A stretch of DNA of 64,000 nt from Thermoanaerobaculia bacterium (GCA_963666565.1 OY762911.1:896001-960000); one strand, 5' to 3'. Shown: positions 48,690 through 58,177, numbered from the stretch's first letter. Notes: a model not told the origin generated them from the letters alone. Numbers and translations: made by a program.

Positions 48690-48718
48690 CCGCTGGGTGC
48701 GCGGGTCTTCTGACCCGC
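48690..48718 (+). repeat. REP-like family A core at the island's left edge
   Basis: ccgctgggtgcgcgggtcttctgacccgc. Confidence 0.8.
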
Positions 48719-48754
48719 CCCCCGGGTGGCGCCGCGGAGCGGCGGAGACCGGAG

Positions 48755-48978
48755 ATCTCCCTCCCGAGGCGCTCAAGTCCTTCGTGAACGACCAGGCCAG
48801 CACGCGCGGCTACAGCTCGTCGAGCGAGTACGTCCGCGAACTGATCCGCAAGGACCACGACCGCCAGCGACTACGCGAACGGCTTTTCGCCGGCGCCGCA
48901 TCGCCGAAGGGCGCCGTGGCCGACGCGGACTGCTTCGACGGCCTTCGCGACCGGGTCCGCAGAGCCGGCCGTCAGTGA
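48755..48978 (+). pseudogene. ParD-like RHH antitoxin, 5'-truncated and frameshifted
   Basis: ISLP in one frame, then EALKSFVNDQASTRGYSSSSEYVRELIRKD in another; no start codon for the canonical N-terminus. Confidence 0.75.
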
Positions 48979-49097
48979 GCGGCAAGCGCGTTGCGCTGCG
49001 CGAGCGGGCCCTCCGCGACATCGACAAGGCGACAGTGGACCCCCGGATACGATGCACCCTCGACGGACTCTGGAGGCTTGGCGCGAATGTCCGATGA
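48975..49097 (+). pseudogene. ParE-like toxin N-terminal fragment
   Basis: GTGA overlap with antitoxin stop; VSGKRVALRERALRDIDKA resembles a ParE start, then similarity ends. Confidence 0.55.
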
Positions 49098-49629
49098 GCC
49101 GAGAAAGCAGCAGTCGAAGCGACACCACAATCTGATTCGCAGCTACGGGCTGTTGTGGGACCGGAAGAAGGTCCAATGGAAGGGGCGGGAAGCAGGGTTG
49201 CCGGGCCGTATCCGCGTCAAGACGGGTCCAGTGGATTTTCGCCATCAGGTGGGCATCTACGCCCTCTACGATGAGGAGTTCCGCCTCCTCTACGTCGGAC
49301 AGGCCGGGAGTGGCCGCAAGACACTGTTCGATCGCCTGAAGCTGCATTGCAATCCTCGGCGGAGGAAAGACGGTGGGATCCCGGGTCTGGCTGGCAGGTG
49401 GAGGTACTTCTCCTGGTTTGGGCTCCGCGGCGTCAGAACGACGTACAACGAGTTGGCCGGACCTACCAAAGGCCGGCAGACGACCGAGGCTCACGCCCTC
49501 AACGCACTGGAAGCCGTCGCTATCGAGATCGCAGATCCCGACCTCAACCGGCAGGGCGGCAGTCTGCCGAACGACGCGGAGTACCTGCAGGTGCCGGCGG
49601 CGGACAAGAGCGAGGCGGAGGAGTGCTAG
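49087..49629 (+). CDS. GIY-YIG nuclease family protein
   Basis: GIYALY...LLYVGQA...LFDRL..H, C-terminal LEA..I...P.LN. Confidence 0.85.
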   Translation: MSDEPRKQQSKRHHNLIRSYGLLWDRKKVQWKGREAGLPGRIRVKTGPVDFRHQVGIYALYDEEFRLLYVGQAGSGRKTLFDRLKLHCNPRRRKDGGIPGLAGRWRYFSWFGLRGVRTTYNELAGPTKGRQTTEAHALNALEAVAIEIADPDLNRQGGSLPNDAEYLQVPAADKSEAEEC

Positions 49630-49700
49630 CCCCGGACGCGATGCTGAGAGCGCCGGGCGATGGAGAAACCGCAAGGCACCGTTGGTAGGCTCGGCAGACG

Positions 49701-50600
49701 ATGAAGCAACAGACGGTCGGCGCGGTGGCGCCCGCGAACGCGACGGGCACCGGGCGCCGCATCGCCCGCCGTGGGAAGCCGCGACGCAAGCGGCTGATCG
49801 CGTTCGGCTGGTACGGCGGCAAATTCAGCCATCTGGACTTCATCCTCCCCCGTCTCCCTGCTGACGCCGAGCACTTTTGCGACGTGTTTGGCGGATCGGC
49901 GGCGGTGCTGATCAACCGGGAACCCGCGCCTGTCGAGACCTACAACGATCTCGACGAGGAGCTGGTCAACTTCTTCGTGCAGCTCCGCGACAACGGCGCG
50001 GAGCTCATCAGGGCGATCGGGTTGACTCCGTTCTCGCGCGGTGAGCTTGAGAGGGCCTGCGGCTACGAACGCGACCTCACCGCCCTTGAGCGAGCACGCC
50101 GGTTCTTCGTGCGCGCTCGCCAGACCCGAACTGGATTGGCACAAACGAGCAGCCAAGGACGGTGGGCTCATTGCGTTCTCACGTCGAGGGCAGGCATGGC
50201 AGGCGCCGTGTCCCGCTGGCTCGGATCGGTCGAGGGACTGGCCGAGATCGTGCAACGCCTTCAGCGCGTTCAGATCGAGAACGCGCCAGCGGTCGAGGTG
50301 ATCCGCCGCTACGACACGGACCGGACGCTCTTCTACCTGGATCCGCCCTACGTTCATTCAGCCCGTGGGGACGCTTCCGCCTACGCGCACGAAATGACCG
50401 ACGGGGACCATGCAGATCTCGCCACGACCTTGGCGACCATCCGTGGCCGAGCGGTGCTTTCCGGCTATCGCACGCCCCTCTATGACGATCTCTACAGCGG
50501 ATGGCGCCGGATCGACGCCCCGAAGAAGACGGCTCACTCGGTACGCCAGGTCCGGCAGGAGTCCCTGTGGGTGAACTTCGATCCGGGTGGGGCAGGATGA
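49701..50600 (+). CDS. D12-class N6-adenine DNA methyltransferase
   Basis: WYGGK, DVFGGSAAV, YNDLD..LVNFF, FYLDPPY, LSGY, E.LW.NF. Confidence 0.93.
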   Translation: MKQQTVGAVAPANATGTGRRIARRGKPRRKRLIAFGWYGGKFSHLDFILPRLPADAEHFCDVFGGSAAVLINREPAPVETYNDLDEELVNFFVQLRDNGAELIRAIGLTPFSRGELERACGYERDLTALERARRFFVRARQTRTGLAQTSSQGRWAHCVLTSRAGMAGAVSRWLGSVEGLAEIVQRLQRVQIENAPAVEVIRRYDTDRTLFYLDPPYVHSARGDASAYAHEMTDGDHADLATTLATIRGRAVLSGYRTPLYDDLYSGWRRIDAPKKTAHSVRQVRQESLWVNFDPGGAG

Positions 50601-51676
50601 ACCACGAGTCCCTTGCCCGTTGGCTGCGGGAGCGCTGGGACTTGGTGTCCGAGCAGGCCGTGCCGAAGGAGGATCCGGAGGTCGACCGGCTGGTCGACAG
50701 CAGCGTCAAGAGCATCCGCTACGCCGTTCTGACCCAACTTCTCGGCAAGCTGGCCGATCCGTCGCGAGACATCCTCTGCCTTCAGCGAGGCGATCCCGAC
50801 GATGCTGACGTCGCTGGCCGCTGGGATGCTCGCAGCCTCTGCAGCAAGGTCGTCGTGCCGTGGGATCAGGAGAACCAAAGCGTCCTCGGCGGCAGCACGG
50901 ATCCCTACGTGAACAACCCGCTCAGGAGGCCGAGCCTCAAGGACCAGTTGGAGTCCCTCAAGCGGCGATCGGAGTGGGAGGCCTTGGTCGCCTTCTTGGA
51001 ACGTGTGTCCGCGGAAGACAGCCGGTCAGCTCTTGAGCAGGCGATCCATCGTTCCCTGCTGGCGATCAGGCGGCGGCTGGACCGCCAAGTGGTCCACTAT
51101 GGCGTGCCTCCCCGCGTGAGCCTAGATCAGCTTCTCAACGTGCTTGAGAACTACCTGAGAACCCCCAGCCAGGGTCTCAGGGCGCTGGCCGTCGCCTCGG
51201 CGCTCTTCCGTACGCTGGGTGCCGCCCTCGGTCTGTTCAGCGTCGCGAGCCAGGGCTTGAACGAAGCAGACAGCGCGACGGGCGCTGCCGGCGACATCCT
51301 CTGCGCCGGCGACGACGGCCGAACGCTGATGGCCGTCGAGGTCAAGGACCGTCCGCAGACGCTCGTAGACTTGGAAGCGGGGATCGCCAAGGTGAGAGAG
51401 GCGGGAGTGTCAAGGCTGCTCTTCGTCGTACCAGGAGTCGTCGAGAAGGACGCTGATCAGATTCGTCGCCGCTGCGCGGCTGTTTGGGCGCAGGGTATCG
51501 ACGTGTACAGGGCCGAGCTGGTCACTCTCACGAGGATCAGCTTCATGCTGGTGGACGAAGTCTGGCGGCGAGAGTTCCTTGAGGAACTGGGTGCAGAGCT
51601 CAATCGGAGGAACGCACCATTCGGCCATCGCGGCGCGCTCGCGAGCCTACTGGACGAGCTAGACGGACCGGTCTGA
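50597..51676 (+). CDS. SacI-family restriction endonuclease
   Basis: RYAVLTQLLGK, WDARSLC.KVVVPW, LGGS.DPYVNNPLR, ADSATGAAGD, AVEVKD; ATGA overlap with the methylase. Confidence 0.75.
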   Translation: MNHESLARWLRERWDLVSEQAVPKEDPEVDRLVDSSVKSIRYAVLTQLLGKLADPSRDILCLQRGDPDDADVAGRWDARSLCSKVVVPWDQENQSVLGGSTDPYVNNPLRRPSLKDQLESLKRRSEWEALVAFLERVSAEDSRSALEQAIHRSLLAIRRRLDRQVVHYGVPPRVSLDQLLNVLENYLRTPSQGLRALAVASALFRTLGAALGLFSVASQGLNEADSATGAAGDILCAGDDGRTLMAVEVKDRPQTLVDLEAGIAKVREAGVSRLLFVVPGVVEKDADQIRRRCAAVWAQGIDVYRAELVTLTRISFMLVDEVWRREFLEELGAELNRRNAPFGHRGALASLLDELDGPV

Positions 51677-51774
51677 TCCGAGAGTGGACTGGAAGCCATC
51701 GGCCTCAGCAGGAATTGAACGGCACGTTGGAAGTCTCAAGTGCAACCCTGCGGAGAGTTGTTCGGGGAGCGCAG

Positions 51775-53961
51775 CTAGAGCCATTGGTTTGTCGGTCTGG
51801 TCTTGAGCCGATCCGAGAACTCGCTCATCATCACCTTGGCCCTAGCCTCGTCGACTGCGAGAACGTCCTTGACGCGCCGCATCAGCTCGTGGAGTACGTC
51901 CTCCCGGACCCGATTGGACAGTCGAATTCCCAGCAGTGTCGGGAAGATCGAGGAGTAGGCTTCACGAACGTCTCGCGCTCTTGGCGCTAGCGCCAAGAAG
52001 TCCGCCAGAAACTCTGGCCGCATCATGTAGTCGGCACCCCGTTCTTTCACCAGATCACGAGTTACGGTACGGACCGTTGTCTCCTGAGTAACCCACCAAG
52101 TCCGATATCCGTAGGGGTTTGCCCGCTTGTCTTCCCCCATGCTCCGTCGCTTTCCGTAGACGCTGAGCACCATCTTCGCGTCGTTCTCTGCTAGGATTCG
52201 CAGCTTGCCAGGCCGCGCCCGGTCGAGCTCGTCAGCCAACCTCGCGATATCCGCCTTTGACGTAAAACGTGTAAGGTCCTGGGTGCTTACGTACTGCAGG
52301 CCGAACCGCTCCACTAGGTACTTCCTGATCTGCTCGCCTCCCCGGGGAAAACGCAGAGAGTCAGGATCGCAAATCTGTTGGATGAACTCCCTCCAGCTCC
52401 GGGGCCCCTCAACGCCCTCGGAAGGTGCGAGCTTCGCGTAAAAGTAGGCTCTAATGAGGATCTTCGGACAGTTCTTAGCGATCTCCAGGTTCACTAGGCG
52501 CTCAGCCGCTTCAAAGTAGGCTTCAAACTCTCGATCAGAACCGACGACGTGCGAGTGGACCTCCTCAGACGCTGGCTGTGACAGGAGCAGGTCCGCTCCT
52601 GCGTCGCGTAGGAGACAAAGTAGGTTACACGTCATCTGATCCTCGCGCCGAAGGTAGCGTTCGGAGAGAGCGCGCACTAAGATATCGGTTCCTATCAACA
52701 GGACGAGACTCTCCGACATCGACTGGAAGTAGTCCACGATGCGAGGCTCGACCTTGAGTGAGAATAGCAGCGAATAGGTTCTGGCGAGCTTCGAGAAGAG
52801 CGCGCGTTCGTCCTCGCTGCTCTCATAGAGCGCGGACCGCACCGCTTCGAGCACGGCACTTCTCGCCGTGATCGCAGCTGGCCCGCTCAGCTTCTCGTCC
52901 TCGAGCGCCGTGTCCACATGATCCGCGATGAAGAGATCTTCGTAGTTTCCGATTCTCTGCTCGAGGAAGGCGGCGAGCTCGAGGCCGCGCGCCTCAAAGG
53001 TGCTGCCGATGGCACGCAAAGCGACCCGCGCTGCTATACGAGGTGAAACCTCGTCGTTTAGTGTCTGGATCCTCTCTTCCATTCGGTTGAGCACACGAGC
53101 CTTCAGAGACTCGTCCGTAATGTTCTCTTCCGCCACCAATCTTCGAGTTTCGTACGGAAGGCAATAGAGGTCGTCTTGGACGTAGCGGCGAATCTCCCGG
53201 CCCGTCGCGTTCCCCTTGGAAGAGAGCTGAGCAAGGCGGTCGTCCAACACAGGCTCAATGAACTGTCGAGCGGCCGGCAGAACGGTAGCTATCTTCTCAA
53301 CAATGTCCTGCCTGGACGCGAGCTGACCCTCGTCAGGGTCCGTTCCCTCCAACGCCCAGAGGATCAGGCTGTCGCATACGGGCTCGAGGAGATCACCGCT
53401 ATTCCTTCGGCGTTCGACTTCCTGGCCCAAGAAAACGCACATTGCACGATAGTCGACATGATCGGTCTTCTCGATAAGGGTGGCGCCGCCGAGGTTGTCG
53501 AGAAACGCCAGGTACTTCCTCAGATAGCTGTCGAACGCCGCGACCGTCGCCAGCGAGTGATTGACGTTGGCTACGATCCAATTGGCGTCGCGGATGCGTA
53601 CGAACACGCCCGTGTCTTGGGTGAGATCTTCTTGATCCAAATCGATGTGTTTGACGGACTGGGCGGTTACGTAGGTGAGGGCCTTTGGATCGCGTCCGAA
53701 GCTCTTCAGGCGATCAACCGTCTGTCGTATCTTGTGCTTGTGGTTTGCCTGTGTGCTGGCCTGAACGAAGCGCTTCCCGCCTTGATCTTGACGAACCTCA
53801 TTGTCAAAGAAGCCATCCGCTCCACCGTCATGGACGCCACCGAGCGGCACGTACTCGACACCAGACACCTCGGTGAGCATCACGTGAGCGAAGCGCTCGA
53901 AGTCGCTGCCGCCGACTTGTGTAAGGGCGATTTCGACGAGTTTATGGTCAATCGCTTTCAT
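51775..53961 (-). CDS. Large hypothetical protein, N-terminal REase-like and C-terminal PIN-like domains
   Basis: FERF...PLGGVHDGGADG...VQAS; later LLIGTDILVRAL...EE...ENDA...WWVT; visibly lower GC than flanks. Confidence 0.7.
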   Translation of the reverse strand: MKAIDHKLVEIALTQVGGSDFERFAHVMLTEVSGVEYVPLGGVHDGGADGFFDNEVRQDQGGKRFVQASTQANHKHKIRQTVDRLKSFGRDPKALTYVTAQSVKHIDLDQEDLTQDTGVFVRIRDANWIVANVNHSLATVAAFDSYLRKYLAFLDNLGGATLIEKTDHVDYRAMCVFLGQEVERRRNSGDLLEPVCDSLILWALEGTDPDEGQLASRQDIVEKIATVLPAARQFIEPVLDDRLAQLSSKGNATGREIRRYVQDDLYCLPYETRRLVAEENITDESLKARVLNRMEERIQTLNDEVSPRIAARVALRAIGSTFEARGLELAAFLEQRIGNYEDLFIADHVDTALEDEKLSGPAAITARSAVLEAVRSALYESSEDERALFSKLARTYSLLFSLKVEPRIVDYFQSMSESLVLLIGTDILVRALSERYLRREDQMTCNLLCLLRDAGADLLLSQPASEEVHSHVVGSDREFEAYFEAAERLVNLEIAKNCPKILIRAYFYAKLAPSEGVEGPRSWREFIQQICDPDSLRFPRGGEQIRKYLVERFGLQYVSTQDLTRFTSKADIARLADELDRARPGKLRILAENDAKMVLSVYGKRRSMGEDKRANPYGYRTWWVTQETTVRTVTRDLVKERGADYMMRPEFLADFLALAPRARDVREAYSSIFPTLLGIRLSNRVREDVLHELMRRVKDVLAVDEARAKVMMSEFSDRLKTRPTNQWL

Positions 53962-54067
53962 TGGTGGGCTGAGGCGATCGCGAGCTACAGAAGAGGGCTT
54001 CGAGTGGCATGCGAGGCTACCATAAGGTGACGTGGTCCCCATGGACTCGACAGGTGACTAAGGAACG

Positions 54068-55174
54068 TCACTGGACCAGGGGACCGCTGATCTCTCGCTC
54101 GACGGTATCGAGAGGCTCGTCCAGAAGCGCCGCCGCCCGCACTGGCGAGATGAGCTGCTCGGCTAGGGCTCGCCAGACGAGACGCTTGAAGCGGCGGGGC
54201 TTCTCGAAGGCCGCGAAACCGTGGCCCTCGGGGATGGGTTCCGGTTCCGACTTGCGCCAGGAGCGGGCGTAGGTGATGAAGGCGTGCCGGACGGTCGCGG
54301 ACGGCAGGATGCCGACCTGGCCGAGGCGCAACAGCATCGCCGACGCCGAGACGCCATAGGCGCGCTTCAGACCCACGATCTCGTGGTAGGTGACCCGGCT
54401 GCGCCGGCGGCCCACTGCCTCCAGAAGATGCTCCGCCGGGACGAGAAAGGCGCCGGCGAAGCGGTTCATCGCGGCTTCCTGCTTGATCGCCGGGTTGTCG
54501 ATCGAGCCGATGACGCGGTGGGCAAGCTCGTGGGCGAGGGTCAGACGTTTGCGTTCGAGGCTGATCCGGCTGGAGACCATGACAGCCTCCGCGACGGGCT
54601 CCCCGCTTCGGAGCACGCGGCAGGCCAGGCCGTGAACGCGTTCGGGAAGGTCCTCCTCGACGACCTTGATCCCCTTGTCCTCAAGAAGCTCGCAGAGGCT
54701 GGGAAGCGGTTCCATGCCGAGATTCCAGGCCTCGCGCAGGGCATTGGCCCTGGAGTCGATCTCGGCTTCGCTGACGATGCCGTTGCGCCGCAGCCGGTTG
54801 GCCCACTCGACGGAGGCGGGAAGATCGAGGATCTGCTCGATCGCCAGATAGCGCTCAAGGGTGTCGATCAGGATCGCCTCCGCCCTGTCGCGGTCGCGGG
54901 CGGTGCTGCGGGAGTGCTTGCGGAACTCGAGTCCGTCGAGAGACTCGACCTGGCCGCTCATCAGGAAGTCCAGGGAGACATCGAGAGCCTTGCCCAGCCC
55001 GACCAGAACCGCCGACGACGGGAGCATCTTGCCGGTTTCGTACTTGCTGATCGCCTGTGCGCTGACCTTGGGGGTCATCCGGTCGGCGAGCGCGCGCATG
55101 GAGAGGCCCGACCGCTTTCGTGCGAGACGGAGTCGTTGTCCGAACCTGGCGCCTGCCCTCCGTGAATCAACCAT
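54068..55174 (-). CDS. XRE-HTH plus ImmA/IrrE (M78) metallopeptidase fusion
   Basis: FGQRLRLAR..SGLS..LA...SAQAISKYE.G HTH; R.RLTLAHELAH (HExxH); NRFAGAFL. Confidence 0.93.
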   Translation of the reverse strand: MVDSRRAGARFGQRLRLARKRSGLSMRALADRMTPKVSAQAISKYETGKMLPSSAVLVGLGKALDVSLDFLMSGQVESLDGLEFRKHSRSTARDRDRAEAILIDTLERYLAIEQILDLPASVEWANRLRRNGIVSEAEIDSRANALREAWNLGMEPLPSLCELLEDKGIKVVEEDLPERVHGLACRVLRSGEPVAEAVMVSSRISLERKRLTLAHELAHRVIGSIDNPAIKQEAAMNRFAGAFLVPAEHLLEAVGRRRSRVTYHEIVGLKRAYGVSASAMLLRLGQVGILPSATVRHAFITYARSWRKSEPEPIPEGHGFAAFEKPRRFKRLVWRALAEQLISPVRAAALLDEPLDTVEREISGPLVQ

Positions 55175-55411
55175 GAGTAGACAGATAGACGGTAAGAACA
55201 GTGTAGTGTAAACCGGGCCTGCAGTCACGTCGCGGCTGGCTGCGGGGGAGGAAGCTCTCGAGTGGGTGCGCCGGGGTGCCGTCCGTGCGCCCGATGGCGG
55301 GCGCCCGGACCGGTTCGCGGGTGACGCGGGTCGCGCCACTCGGGTTCCCGCCGGCTTCCGCCGCACGCGGCTATGAGACGCGCCGGCCGCGGGCCGGCTC
55401 CGCTTCGGGCG

Positions 55412-56290
55412 CTATCCGCCCCGCTGCGCCCGGATCCGCGCGATCGCCTTCGCGACGTCGTACCGGTCGTCTCCCTCGTAGCGAGGCGCCTGCTCGGCGA
55501 ACGCGGCCTCGACGTCGTTCCACCGCGTGTGCGCGTACTCGATGACGTGGGGATGGGTCAGCAGGTAGAAGCGGTCTTCGCGGATCTGCTGGAGCACCAT
55601 GTCGGCGGCCTCGTCCGCGGACATCGCGTGCTCGGCGCTGAGTTTGCCCCCGGCCGGATTGGCCTCCCGGGGACCGCCGAGGTGCTCGGGCCGGCGCTCC
55701 GAGGAACGCCAGATGCTCGTCGCCACCCAACCGGGGCAGAAGACGCTGACGCCGACGTGCTCTGGCAGTTCGGCGCGCAGCACGTCGGAGATGGCGAGTA
55801 CGGCGTGCTTCGAGGCGGTGTACACGGCGGAACCCGGGAAGGGGATGCCGAGACTGTGCTCGGAGCCCGTGTTCACGATGCGGGATTCCCTGCCGCCCTC
55901 GATGAAGCGGGGCGCGAATACGCGGATGCCGTTCAGCACGCCCTCGACGTTCACGCTGAGGATCCAGCGCACGTCGTCGGCGCTGAACCCGTAGGCCGGC
56001 GCCCGGCCCGCGCCGACGCCGGCGTTGTTGAACAGCAGTTCGACGGACCCGAAGGCCGCCCAGGCGTCGTCGGCCAGGCGCTCGAGATCCTCTTCCCGCG
56101 CGACGTCGACGCGCGCCGCCAGCGCCTTCGCGCCGAGGGCTTCCGCTTCGCGGGCGACGCTCTCCGCGGCGTCCTGTTCCACGTCGGCGACCGCGACGTT
56201 GACGCCGTCGCGCGCCAGGGCCAGCGCGATGGCGCGGCCGATGCCGTTGCCGCCTCCGGTGATGACTGCCGAACGGCCTTCCAGCTCCAT
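55412..56290 (-). CDS. Short-chain dehydrogenase/reductase
   Basis: ITGGGNGIG, NNAGV, YTASK, FCPGWV. Confidence 0.94.
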   Translation of the reverse strand: MELEGRSAVITGGGNGIGRAIALALARDGVNVAVADVEQDAAESVAREAEALGAKALAARVDVAREEDLERLADDAWAAFGSVELLFNNAGVGAGRAPAYGFSADDVRWILSVNVEGVLNGIRVFAPRFIEGGRESRIVNTGSEHSLGIPFPGSAVYTASKHAVLAISDVLRAELPEHVGVSVFCPGWVATSIWRSSERRPEHLGGPREANPAGGKLSAEHAMSADEAADMVLQQIREDRFYLLTHPHVIEYAHTRWNDVEAAFAEQAPRYEGDDRYDVAKAIARIRAQRGG

Positions 56291-56403
56291 TGTTCGATCT
56301 CCTTGTGAGGATTGAGGGAGTGTCGCAAGGGCGCCCCGACCCAAGGGAAGGCGGGCATTCTGCCCGCGCCCGGTGCGAAGCGACAGTCGGCTTCGGGCGG
56401 CGC

Positions 56404-57471
56404 CTACCCTCGCAGGAGCGGCAGGACGTCTTCGGTGAACCGCTCCGCGGCCTCCCGGCCAGGAGCGCTCGGTGCCAGGAAGTTCGGCCCGGCAACCGCG
56501 AACTTCTCGATGCCGAGGTCGAGCAGAGCCTCGAGCCTGACCGCGCAGTGCTCGGGGCTGCCAACGATCGCGTAGCCGTCGATGAACTCGTCCGTGAGCG
56601 CGGTCGTCTGCTGCCCGCCCTCCCGGCCGTGGGCGGTCATGTCGTAGCGGTCGTGGATGTTGCGGAACACCTCCGTCTGCTGCTCGTCGGCCGGACCGGA
56701 GATCTCTCCGTACATGACGGAGAAGCGGGCGAAGAGCCCGGTGGAGGCCCGCCCGAGTTCGCGGCCGACTTCCGGATCGTCGCAGCAGACAACGTTCACG
56801 TAGGCGCCGAACCGGAGTGACGCCGGATCGCGGCCGGCCTCGGCCGCGGCGCTGCGGGCCGTCTCGATGCCCCAGGCGACACGCTTCGGGTCGGCGCCGA
56901 CGGCGAGCATGACCCGGTCGGCCTGCCGGGCGGCGATCCCGATCACCTTCGGCCCGGTGGCCGCGACCTCGACCGGGACCTTCGGACCGTCGCCGATCCA
57001 GCGGATGCTGCTCGCGGAGGGCCCGTGGGCAAGCCCGAGCTTCTTCGCGAGCGGGGCCGCTTCGTCCGGGATGCCCGTGTCCTCGAAGGCCACCTCCTCG
57101 CCGCGGAGGTACTTCTGCAGAACGAGCAGATAGTCCTCGAACCAGCCGAGGCGGGCAGGCGCGCGGCCAAGGTGCGCCAGCGCGCTGTCGCCGCGCCCGA
57201 TGCCCAGCACCATGCGTCCCCGCGAGACCCGCTGCACGGAGAGCGCCGAGGAAGCGGTCGTCGCCGGGTGGCGGGTGACCGGATTCGTCACCGATGTCGC
57301 GACCCGCAGCGTTTCCGTCGCGGTAGCGCCCAGCGCGAGGCAAACGTAGGGATCGCCGGAGAGGTTCTGCGAATCGACGACGTTCATGCCGTCCCAGCCC
57401 CTGGCCTCCGCCTGACGGGCGAACTCGGCACTCCGGGTCGGCGCGGCGACGGTTGCGGTCCAGAACTCCAT
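56404..57471 (-). CDS. LLM class flavin/F420-dependent oxidoreductase
   Basis: DSQNLSGDPY, VTNPVTRHP, LGIGRGDSA, AATGPK, AIVGSPE.C. Confidence 0.9.
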   Translation of the reverse strand: MEFWTATVAAPTRSAEFARQAEARGWDGMNVVDSQNLSGDPYVCLALGATATETLRVATSVTNPVTRHPATTASSALSVQRVSRGRMVLGIGRGDSALAHLGRAPARLGWFEDYLLVLQKYLRGEEVAFEDTGIPDEAAPLAKKLGLAHGPSASSIRWIGDGPKVPVEVAATGPKVIGIAARQADRVMLAVGADPKRVAWGIETARSAAAEAGRDPASLRFGAYVNVVCCDDPEVGRELGRASTGLFARFSVMYGEISGPADEQQTEVFRNIHDRYDMTAHGREGGQQTTALTDEFIDGYAIVGSPEHCAVRLEALLDLGIEKFAVAGPNFLAPSAPGREAAERFTEDVLPLLRG

Positions 57472-57490
57472 TGGGCGTCTTCCTTCCTGC

Positions 57491-58177
57491 TCAGTCCCGT
57501 GAGCGCGCACGATATCCGTCGGCCAGGTCGCGAATCTCCCGGTTCTCGAGGATCCCCTCACGGCGTCCGTCCAGCGTCGCCTGGAGCATCGCTTCGCCGA
57601 TCGCCCGGTTGCCAACGGTGAGCGACCGAAACCCGCGGAGCAGGGCGCCGATCGCGGCGCCCATGCGGTGGTATGCCGTCATGCGGTCGGGCTTCACCTC
57701 GTGGAGGATGCCGGCGGGCCGCCAGCAGACGCAGCCGCCGAGTCCGAGCTCGCACAGGGCCTGCTCGGTTTCCGCCTTGACGCGGGCCCAGTTCATCCGG
57801 CTCTCCAGGCTCGTGCCGGAACCGCTCACGAAGTGGAAGATCGCCTGCGGACTCGCCGCGAGCACCGCTCGTCCGGCCGCGAGCGCGAAGTCGTAGGTGA
57901 TCCGCCGGTACTCGGCCGGATCGCGGACTTCGCTGGAGGAACGCCCGAGGCAGAAGCACACCGCGTCGAGCCCTTCGAGGCTGTCCCGGATCGGACGGAG
58001 ATCCAGGAAATCCCGGCACTCCACCGGACGCAGGCGAGGCGCCGAGTACGGCAACGGACGCCGGGAGACCGCGCGCACTTCGGCGACCCGGGAGTCGTCG
58101 AGCCAGGCGCGAGCAACGCCGGCGCCGACCAAACCCGTCGGCCCGAAGACCACGGCCTTGAGTTGCGGGTTGCTCAT
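57491..58177 (-). CDS. NAD(P)-binding epimerase-like protein
   Basis: VFGPTGLVG, CFCLG, ITYD..L, FVSG.G, WARVK..TE. Confidence 0.85.
   Translation of the reverse strand: MSNPQLKAVVFGPTGLVGAGVARAWLDDSRVAEVRAVSRRPLPYSAPRLRPVECRDFLDLRPIRDSLEGLDAVCFCLGRSSSEVRDPAEYRRITYDFALAAGRAVLAASPQAIFHFVSGSGTSLESRMNWARVKAETEQALCELGLGGCVCWRPAGILHEVKPDRMTAYHRMGAAIGALLRGFRSLTVGNRAIGEAMLQATLDGRREGILENREIRDLADGYRARSRD

Noticed and set aside
48679-48978. Intact 99-aa antitoxin starting at 48679
   Set aside because: Its N-terminus is translated REP sequence and the conserved ISLP is in another frame
53176-54030. 284-aa antisense ORF in the island
   Set aside because: It shadows the minus-strand gene and has no recognisable motifs
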